A DNA stretch of 64,000 bases, taken from an uncultured Candidatus Kuenenia sp. Lineage in GTDB: Bacteria; Planctomycetota; UBA11346. Both the position numbers and the translations under genes were made by a program. The notes below the pieces were generated by a model. It was not told where the DNA came from and made no database searches. It saw only the letters and a list, made by a program, of their open reading frames with translations. The first letter of the stretch is position 1; every line of letters begins with the position of its first letter. Positions 54,387-61,774 of this stretch are shown here, piece by piece. The stretch spans positions 16,527-80,526 of the forward strand of contig CAZZJC010000017.1 of NCBI GenBank assembly GCA_964654285.1, read 5' to 3'.

Positions 54387-57079
54387 TGATTCCCGGCGAA
54401 AACGACACCCTCTTCTGGTCGTCCTATGCCAAGGCCGACAGGGACTTGTGCGTGCGGCATGCCCGGATCGGCTGCCTGCTCGCATTCATTTTTGTCCCCC
54501 TTGGCAGCAGTCTGGAGTATTTCATCTACCCAGACTTGCTTTGGACCATTCTGGTCGTCCGGTTGCTGTGCGCTCTCGCAATCCTTCCCATCTGGTTCGC
54601 CCTGGGACACCCCTGGGGTCGGAGGCATGTTGACGTTCTGGGTTCACTGTGGCCGTTGGTCCCGGCGGCGAGCATGGTTTGGATGATAGCCATTTCCGAG
54701 GGCTGGGCTTCGCCCTATTATGCTGGTCTGAATCTGGTAATAGCGGTGACCGGCATTCTGATGCCTTATACCCGGCGTCAGGCAATGATGATCTGCATGC
54801 TGGTGATCGCCGGCTACGTGGTGGCCTGCCTGTGGCACCAGCGGGTTTCCGGGATGGAGGCGAACCTGCGTGATATCTATGGGAACCTGTTCTTCATGGT
54901 GGTCACTTCTGTCATCACGGTGACCGCCTCCCATTTCTTCCATCGCAAGCGCATCCTCGATTTCCACCTCCGCCATCAACTGGATGCGAAGAACCAACAG
55001 TTGGATGTGCAGAACCGTCGCCTGGCCGATTCCTACGAAAAATTGAGCGAACTCGATCGCCTGCGCACCCAGTTCTTCGCAAACGTCAGCCATGAGCTGC
55101 GCACGCCGCTGACGCTCATCATCTCCCCGGTCGAGGATCTCCTGCACAGCGACCTCCGGTTGGGCGACAAGGAGGCAGAGTTGCTGGGTATCGCGCGCCA
55201 GAACGGCCTGCGCCTGCTGAAGCTCATCAATGATCTGCTGGAGGTCGCGCGCCTCGACGCGGGTCGGATGGAATTGCGGCGGGAATGCATGGATCTCGCG
55301 ACCTTCATCCCCGGGGTGGTGGAATCGATCCGCTACCTCGCCGAGGCGAAGGATCTGCGGCTGGAGGCGAACGGGCGATCCGATGGACTGGTCATCCAGG
55401 CCGATCCATCGCGACTTGAGAAGATCCTGCTCAACCTGCTCACCAATGCGATCAAGTTCACTCCCAAGGGTGGGATCATCATCGTCGAATGGAGTCGGGA
55501 TGGTACCGATGCGGTCTTCTCGGTCACCGATACCGGCATCGGGATACCCGCGGATGAGCACAAGCACCTTTTCAGCCGTTTCCACCAGGTGGATGGATCC
55601 TCGACCCGGAGATACCAGGGCATGGGCATCGGCCTGGCCTTGGTCAAGGAACTGGTGGAAGAGCACGGCGGGAGGATCACGGCGGACAGCAATATTGAAC
55701 GCGGCACCTGCATGCGTGTGCGGTTGCCGATCGACGAGGCGACGCTCCCGGCCGCCGGGGTTCCGCCAGCGCAGGCGACCGGGCCGGCCCGGGAATCCAC
55801 CTCGGCATCGGATCCCGCCGATGATGCCTTGAGCGACATCTACCGTTCCGCCGAGCGGCGCGGCGGTGTTCAGCTCGACGATACCGGGCTCCACGAACCC
55901 CGGATCAGCGGTTCTGGTGCCCGCCTGATCCTGGTGGTGGATGACGAACCGGACATGCGTCGATACCTGGTCGCCCGTCTGGTCGAGAAGTATCGTGTCG
56001 TGCAGGCGGTGGACGGCCTCCAGGCGGTGGAAGTGGCCCTGGCGCAGCGTCCTGATCTGGTCCTGCTCGATCTCATGCTGCCGGGCATCGACGGCATCGC
56101 GGTCTGCCGCCGTCTGCGGACGGAACCGTCTCTCGCCCGAACCCGCATCATCCTGCTCACCGCACGGGGTGACGAGGAGACCAAGATCACCGCCCTGGAC
56201 GCCGGAGCCGATGACTTCCTGACCAAGCCGTTCAGCACCATCGAGGTCCGCTCACGCATCGCCACCCAGCTGCGTGCGGCCGAGCTCCAGCGCCTGGCCG
56301 AGGAACGTGCCGATGAGCTGGCGGCGGCCCTCGCCCGGCTGCGCGAAGCCGAGTCGATGCTGGTGCAGTCCGAGAAGATGCACGCCCTTGGCAGCCTGGC
56401 CGCCGGACTTCTGCACGAGATCAACAACCCGCTCAACTATTCCCAGCTCGCCGTCACCCTGGCCCGCGAGAAGGTGCGGCCGGGCGACGATTCCCTGGCG
56501 GAGATGCTCAAGGACGCCCACGACGGCATGACCCGCATCGGCAGCGTGATCTGCAGCCTGCGCACCTTCGCCTATCCCGATACCATCGATTTCTCCCAGT
56601 CCTTCCCCATCGTCGAGGCGATCGATCTGGCCCTCCGATTCACCTCGTTGCAGTGCAACCAGGTCGTGGTGCGCCGCCGGATCGCACCCGGACTTTCCGT
56701 CTGCGGTTCGGTCAACCAGGTTTCGATGGTCCTGGTCAATCTCGTGGCCAATGCGAGCCGGGCGATCCAGGCGGTCGAGGACGGACGCCAGGGCTGCATC
56801 GCCGTCGTGGCCAGGGAGGAAGGCGACATCGTCCGCATCGAGGTGATCGACAACGGAGTCGGCATGGACGCGGAACGCACGCGCCGCGCCTTCGATCCCT
56901 TCTATACGACCAGCGCCCCCGGCAAGGGCATGGGCCTAGGCCTGACGATCTGCCATACCGTCGTCCGCAATCATCGCGGGCGCATCGGCATCGACAGCCG
57001 CCCGGGAACCGGAACCACCGTCTGGATCGAGTTGCCAACCCCCGCCGCGCTAGCGGCCTCGGAGCCAAGCCATGGATAA
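54383..57079 (+). CDS. PhcS-like membrane hybrid sensor kinase (multi-TM, HisKA-HATPase, REC, second HisKA-HATPase)
   Basis: Several TM helices; SHELRTPL, NAIKF, GMGIGL; VVDDE..DLMLP..KP; LHEINNPL, DNGVG, GMGLGL; ATGA overlap with phcB. Confidence 0.9.
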   Translation: MMIPGENDTLFWSSYAKADRDLCVRHARIGCLLAFIFVPLGSSLEYFIYPDLLWTILVVRLLCALAILPIWFALGHPWGRRHVDVLGSLWPLVPAASMVWMIAISEGWASPYYAGLNLVIAVTGILMPYTRRQAMMICMLVIAGYVVACLWHQRVSGMEANLRDIYGNLFFMVVTSVITVTASHFFHRKRILDFHLRHQLDAKNQQLDVQNRRLADSYEKLSELDRLRTQFFANVSHELRTPLTLIISPVEDLLHSDLRLGDKEAELLGIARQNGLRLLKLINDLLEVARLDAGRMELRRECMDLATFIPGVVESIRYLAEAKDLRLEANGRSDGLVIQADPSRLEKILLNLLTNAIKFTPKGGIIIVEWSRDGTDAVFSVTDTGIGIPADEHKHLFSRFHQVDGSSTRRYQGMGIGLALVKELVEEHGGRITADSNIERGTCMRVRLPIDEATLPAAGVPPAQATGPARESTSASDPADDALSDIYRSAERRGGVQLDDTGLHEPRISGSGARLILVVDDEPDMRRYLVARLVEKYRVVQAVDGLQAVEVALAQRPDLVLLDLMLPGIDGIAVCRRLRTEPSLARTRIILLTARGDEETKITALDAGADDFLTKPFSTIEVRSRIATQLRAAELQRLAEERADELAAALARLREAESMLVQSEKMHALGSLAAGLLHEINNPLNYSQLAVTLAREKVRPGDDSLAEMLKDAHDGMTRIGSVICSLRTFAYPDTIDFSQSFPIVEAIDLALRFTSLQCNQVVVRRRIAPGLSVCGSVNQVSMVLVNLVANASRAIQAVEDGRQGCIAVVAREEGDIVRIEVIDNGVGMDAERTRRAFDPFYTTSAPGKGMGLGLTICHTVVRNHRGRIGIDSRPGTGTTVWIELPTPAALAASEPSHG

Positions 57080-58175
57080 ACACCGGGATCTTCTGCTCTT
57101 CGTCGACGATGAAGAACAGGCGCTCAAGTACTTCACCCTCGCCTTCGCGAAGGACCATGAGGTGCTCACCGCCAGCAATGCCGATCAGGCCTGGGCGCTG
57201 ATCGAACAGCATGCCGGACGTCTGGCCCTGGTCATCAGCGACCAGCGCATGCCGGGACGCAGCGGGGTGGAGCTTCTCACCGCGACCAAGGAACGCTGTC
57301 CCAGGGCGGTACGACTGCTGACCACCGCGTATTCCGATCTCAGCAGCGCCATCGACGCGGTGAACCACGGCGCGATCTTCTCCTACGTCACCAAGCCGTG
57401 GAAGATCGAGGAATTGCGGATGACCATCCGCCAGGCGCTGCAGTTCCATCACCTGCAATGCGAGCGTGACGCCCTCCTGGCAGACAAGCTCTCCGTGTTC
57501 CAGCAGCTCCTGCTCGCCGACCGCACCCGGGTGCTGGGCATGGTCACCGCCGGCATGGGCGGTCAGGTGCGGCGGCCGCTCGCCGCCGCCGCCGCCTGGT
57601 TGCGTGACCGCCAGGGGGCATTCGCCGGGCTCTTCCCGGTGGTTCCCGAGGTTCGTGACCTCTGGACGGCGGTCCTCGACCAGTGCCGCGCCACCGCCGG
57701 ACTGGCGGGCGGGCTGAGCACGTGGCTGGCGGCGAACCGTGGCTCCGAAGTGCCCATGGATCTCGGCGCACTGCTGAGCAATGCCGCCGCCGGGCAGGGT
57801 GGTGCGAGACTGGCCGACCATCCCACCTTCACCCTGTTCGGCGATCACCGGCTGTTGACGGCGGGTTTTTCCGAGCTGTTCCGCCTGGTCCACCATGGCC
57901 TGCGCAGTCCTGGGAGTTCGGCCACGGTGACGGTGCGCGGCGATCACGCCAATGCCGCCATCAACCTCCGCCTGTCAGGCGGCCAGGAGCCCGATGGCGA
58001 GCCCGAACGCGCCGGCCTGGCCGCCTATCTCGCTATCCATCATGCCCACGGCTCGATAACCGTTCCCTCGTGGTCCGACCAGGACGGTCGCCGCATCGAG
58101 ATTGTGCTGGGCGGTTCTGACGATGACGGGATGGAGTCGTTCCTGGCCCAGATGGCGAACTTCGAACACGGGTGA
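57072..58175 (+). CDS. Receiver domain plus degenerate histidine-kinase-like domain (PhcQ/PhcR-like paralog 2)
   Basis: LFVDDE..KYF, SDQRMPG, RLLTTAY, TKPW, ERDALLADKL; H-box position GMVTAGMGGQVRRPL lacks His; overlaps the kinase stop. Confidence 0.88.
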   Translation: MDKHRDLLLFVDDEEQALKYFTLAFAKDHEVLTASNADQAWALIEQHAGRLALVISDQRMPGRSGVELLTATKERCPRAVRLLTTAYSDLSSAIDAVNHGAIFSYVTKPWKIEELRMTIRQALQFHHLQCERDALLADKLSVFQQLLLADRTRVLGMVTAGMGGQVRRPLAAAAAWLRDRQGAFAGLFPVVPEVRDLWTAVLDQCRATAGLAGGLSTWLAANRGSEVPMDLGALLSNAAAGQGGARLADHPTFTLFGDHRLLTAGFSELFRLVHHGLRSPGSSATVTVRGDHANAAINLRLSGGQEPDGEPERAGLAAYLAIHHAHGSITVPSWSDQDGRRIEIVLGGSDDDGMESFLAQMANFEHG

Positions 58176-58464
58176 CGACCAGGGTGAACGGCTCATGGCG
58201 GATGGCACCCCGGTGCAACGCCGACATGCAGGGGCATGATCAGGGATGAAGCATGAAATGGGTATCGGCGTTCCGTCGCCAGACAGGTCACTCCCAGGAT
58301 GCCGCCGATCAGTCCAGTCGGGATCAGGAGCAACGGCACCCAGGTCGGTTGGTCCGGATGCCCACGCCACTGGTGATACGCCGGTGCCAAGCACCAGGCA
58401 CCGGCGATCGTCATCAGCAGAATGATGGCAGCGATACGGGATTCCTGCCTGGTTTCTGGCCTGG

Positions 58465-60009
58465 TCAGTTCTGCAGCACCTTGGCCAGATCAAGCGGCGC
58501 CAGTCCATGGCCCTGGATCCAGCGGTTCCAGAACGCGTCGACCACCGGCTTCCCGTGCTTCTGCTCAAGATGCCGGCGCCAGGCGGCGTTGTCGACCAGA
58601 CGCCAGCGGTTGCCGGCGGCCCAGGCGGTCAGGCAGTTGAGCCAGGCCTCGTCGCCGACCTGCTTGCGCAGCGCCTGGTAGGCGAGCGCGCCACGGCCGT
58701 AGACCTGCGATCCGTGCGGGTCGCCGGGTTCCGTCCACAGCGGCCGGTCGATGGCAGGATAGAGGTCGCCGTTGGCATCGGCCTTGCGGTCGCGCATCTG
58801 CGCCTGCATCCAGATCATGCGCCAGGCCCAGCTTCCGATCTGGGGCGAATCGCCTTCGAGGATCCAGCCGGTGGTCCAGTTGGTCAGGCTTTCATCGAGC
58901 CAGGCGGTGGGGAACGGATCGTTGCCGACCAGGTCGTACCACCACTGGTGCGCGGCCTCGTGCACCACGGTCATGTCGAACATGAACACCGGCAGGGCCG
59001 AGGCCGGCGGATCGTCGCCCATCAGATCGACCTGGCTGGCATGCGAACCCCCGATCAGCACCAGGCCGCTCGATTCGATGCCGCCGACCGACTCGCCGAG
59101 GTCGCCGGCCAGCACCACGTCGAGTTCCGGCCGGGGCGGCGGCGCGAAGCGGCGGCACCGGGTGAGGGCCAGGGTGGTACGCGTGAGCGCGCGCTTGGCC
59201 GCGTGCGGCAGGCCGCGATGCCAGACCCGGACGCGGACGCCATCGATGTTCTGATCGAGAGATTCCCACTTCCCCAGCACGACGGTGAGATTGCGAGCGA
59301 ATGGGCAGGTCATCTCCAGGATCCGGCGCGGACCGGGCAGGTCGTCGACCACCATGCGGCCGCCGGCCGGGATGGCGGTGCCGTCGTCGACCTCCAGCCG
59401 GGCCTGGACGTGGTGCAGCCACGAACGCGCCGGATCGCAGAGTTCCGGCAGGGGATCGACCTGCCAGGCGCCGTCGCGCCGCAGCGCCAGTTCCGGGAAC
59501 CAGCCATGCAGCACCGCGACGCCGCTCGCCTGGTCGAGGGTGCCCAGGCCGTGGTAGCCGCCGGTGGTCGACAGCGCGTGGCGGAAGGTCAGATCGACCG
59601 CGACCTGCGCCCCCGGCGCGAGCGGCTGCGCCAGCGGCACGCGCCAGCCCATGCCGTCGCGCACCGCTGCGCCGACGACCGGTTGACCGTCCACCGCCGT
59701 CGCGCTGATGGTCATGGTCGCACCGTGCCAGATGGGATCGTTGGGATACTGCTGGAAGACGAGATCCTCAAGCGGTGCGCCCGTCGTGTTCTTCCAGGCC
59801 ATCCGCACCGTTCCCGTCACCACGCCGTCGCGGAAGGCGGCGTCGACCCGGTAGACCGCCGCGTCGTCGCGCGCGCGCAATTCGCTGGGATCGGCCCCGG
59901 CGGCCAGGTAGGCCTCCACCGCTGCGGGAGTCAGCAGGGACTGGCGGGCGCAACCGCCGAGCACCAGGACGACGCACGCGAGGATCAGGGGCAGGCGGTA
60001 GGGGCGCAT
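58465..60009 (-). CDS. M1-family (gluzincin) aminopeptidase, probable lipoprotein
   Basis: Lipobox-like LVLGGC; GGIE, HEAAHQWW, WLDESLT, VYGRGA. Confidence 0.88.
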   Translation of the reverse strand: MRPYRLPLILACVVLVLGGCARQSLLTPAAVEAYLAAGADPSELRARDDAAVYRVDAAFRDGVVTGTVRMAWKNTTGAPLEDLVFQQYPNDPIWHGATMTISATAVDGQPVVGAAVRDGMGWRVPLAQPLAPGAQVAVDLTFRHALSTTGGYHGLGTLDQASGVAVLHGWFPELALRRDGAWQVDPLPELCDPARSWLHHVQARLEVDDGTAIPAGGRMVVDDLPGPRRILEMTCPFARNLTVVLGKWESLDQNIDGVRVRVWHRGLPHAAKRALTRTTLALTRCRRFAPPPRPELDVVLAGDLGESVGGIESSGLVLIGGSHASQVDLMGDDPPASALPVFMFDMTVVHEAAHQWWYDLVGNDPFPTAWLDESLTNWTTGWILEGDSPQIGSWAWRMIWMQAQMRDRKADANGDLYPAIDRPLWTEPGDPHGSQVYGRGALAYQALRKQVGDEAWLNCLTAWAAGNRWRLVDNAAWRRHLEQKHGKPVVDAFWNRWIQGHGLAPLDLAKVLQN

Positions 60010-60064
60010 GTCCGGAGCCTGCCTGCCGCCGCGTCGCGCACCAGGGCGGGGAGCGATGGTCCCG

Positions 60065-60165
60065 CACGGTGCCTCAAAAGTCGGATGGTGGCGTGCTGCG
60101 CACGCGCTCTTTCCATGCGGACGAGACGTCCGCGGTCCGAGGAGGCCGACTTTTGAGGCACTGTG
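60065..60165. mobile_element. MITE, 101 bp, 20-bp terminal inverted repeats, 10-bp target-site duplication
   Basis: cacggtgcctcaaaagtcgg (60065-60084) and ccgacttttgaggcactgtg (60146-60165) pair at 19/20; gatggtcccg flanks both ends (60055-60064, 60166-60175). Confidence 0.85.
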
Positions 60166-60185
60166 GATGGTCCCGCCCGGACGGC

Positions 60186-61682
60186 TCAACCGCTGGATGG
60201 ACCCATGGGCGGATCCGCGGTCGCCTCATCTGCCGCGCCGGCCTCGGCCAGCCCCAGCGCATCCTGCACCTTCGCGCTGCGGTTCAGGCGCGCACCGAGG
60301 TCGACCAGCTTCTGGGCCCGGCCGACGAGGTTGCCCTTGCCGGTGGCCAGCTTCGCGCGGGCCTGTTCGTAACCCGCTTGCGCCTTCGTGAGGCCGGCGC
60401 CGAGATCATCGAGGTCGCCCAGGAAACCGGCGAGCTTTTCCAGCATCCTGCCCGCTTCCTCGGCGATCTTCTGGGCGTTGGCGTTCTGCCGTTCGCTGCG
60501 CCAGACGTGGGCGACCACGCGCAGGGTGGCGAGCAGGGTGGTCGGGCTGGCGAGGACGATCCCCTGGTTGAAGGCCTCGTTGTAGATCGCCGGATCCTGG
60601 GCGATGACCGCGTGGAAAGCCGCCTCGGACGGGATGAACATCAGCACGAAGTCGAGGGCGCGGCCGCCGACCACGTCGTGGTAGTGCTTGCCGGCGAGCG
60701 CCTTGATGTGGGCGCGCACGGCATTGCGGTGCGCCGCAAGGGCGTTCGCGCGCGCCTCGGGGTCGTCGGCGCGGGTGCTCTCGACGAAGGCGGTGATCGC
60801 GACCTTGCTGTCGATCACCACCGCCTTGTCGCCGGGCAGGTGCAGCACCACGTCGGGGCGCAGGTGGCGCAGGCCGTCCTCGGCCCGGTGCGATTCCTGC
60901 ACCGCGTATTCGCGGCCCTCGGCCAGGCCGGACAGGGCGAGCAGGTTCTCCAGGATCATCTCGCCCCAGTCGCCCTGGGTCTTGGCTTCGCCGGTCAGGG
61001 CGCGGGTCAGCGATTCCGCCTCCTTGCCGAGTTTCAGGTGCGCCGCGTCGAGGCGTTTCAGCAGATCGAGCAGGCTGGCGCGGTCGCGGTTCTCGCTGTC
61101 GTAGGTCCTGGCGACCTGGGCCTCGAAGGCGGTGATGCGTTCGCGCAGCGGCGTCAGCAGGGCGTCGAGTCCGCTGCGCTGCTCGACCAGCAGGGCCTTG
61201 CCTTTTTCCTCCAGCAACCGGTTGGCGAGGTTTTCGAACTCGGCGCGCAAAGCGGTGCGGGCGCGTTCGGCTTCGGCCAGGCGCTCCTCGGCGGCGCGGC
61301 GTTCGTGGTCGAGCGCGGCGGCCAACCGGGTGCGTTCGGAATCTGCGACGGTGAACCGGTCGCGCAGGGCGGCGAGGTCGTTTTCGCGCAGGGCCAGGGC
61401 GGCGGCGAGTTCGCCGAGGCGCGTTTCTGCGGCGGTGCGTTCGGCCAGCGCGGTGGCGCGCCCGGTCTGCGCGGCGGTGGCGGATTCGGCTGCGATCTGC
61501 GTGCGCTGGCGTTCCGCCGCAAGCTGTTCATCGCGGACGCGGATCTGCTCGGCCAGCACCGTGCGTTCGCGCTCCTGCGCCAGCGCCGCCGTGCGGTTGG
61601 CCAGGCGCCAGGCCAGGAAGACCGCGCCGCCGCCGATTCCCAGGCCGAGGACGAGACCGAGGCCGAGCGAGAGGGGTTCCAT
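60186..61682 (-). CDS. rmuC: DNA recombination protein RmuC
   Basis: N-terminal TM helix and coiled coil; KTQGDWGEMILE, RPDVVLHLP..VIDSK, DFVLMFIPSEAA, SPTTLLATL. Confidence 0.93.
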   Translation of the reverse strand: MEPLSLGLGLVLGLGIGGGAVFLAWRLANRTAALAQERERTVLAEQIRVRDEQLAAERQRTQIAAESATAAQTGRATALAERTAAETRLGELAAALALRENDLAALRDRFTVADSERTRLAAALDHERRAAEERLAEAERARTALRAEFENLANRLLEEKGKALLVEQRSGLDALLTPLRERITAFEAQVARTYDSENRDRASLLDLLKRLDAAHLKLGKEAESLTRALTGEAKTQGDWGEMILENLLALSGLAEGREYAVQESHRAEDGLRHLRPDVVLHLPGDKAVVIDSKVAITAFVESTRADDPEARANALAAHRNAVRAHIKALAGKHYHDVVGGRALDFVLMFIPSEAAFHAVIAQDPAIYNEAFNQGIVLASPTTLLATLRVVAHVWRSERQNANAQKIAEEAGRMLEKLAGFLGDLDDLGAGLTKAQAGYEQARAKLATGKGNLVGRAQKLVDLGARLNRSAKVQDALGLAEAGAADEATADPPMGPSSG

Positions 61683-61774
61683 GGCGGCGACCCTAGCGCC
61701 GTCGGCTTCCGGCCCAACCCCATCCGGCAACTGGCATCCGGCTCCAGGCCGGCCACGCTGCCGCGACGCTGCGC

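Noticed and set aside
58193-58460. Small minus-strand membrane-like ORF at the right edge of the phc block
   Set aside because: Hydrophobic segments but no convincing start or motif; may be a gene remnant and cannot be supported.
50250-58460. Calling the phc block a defined mobile element
   Set aside because: Only a compositional shift is visible; I found no integrase, transposase, tRNA or flanking direct repeats.
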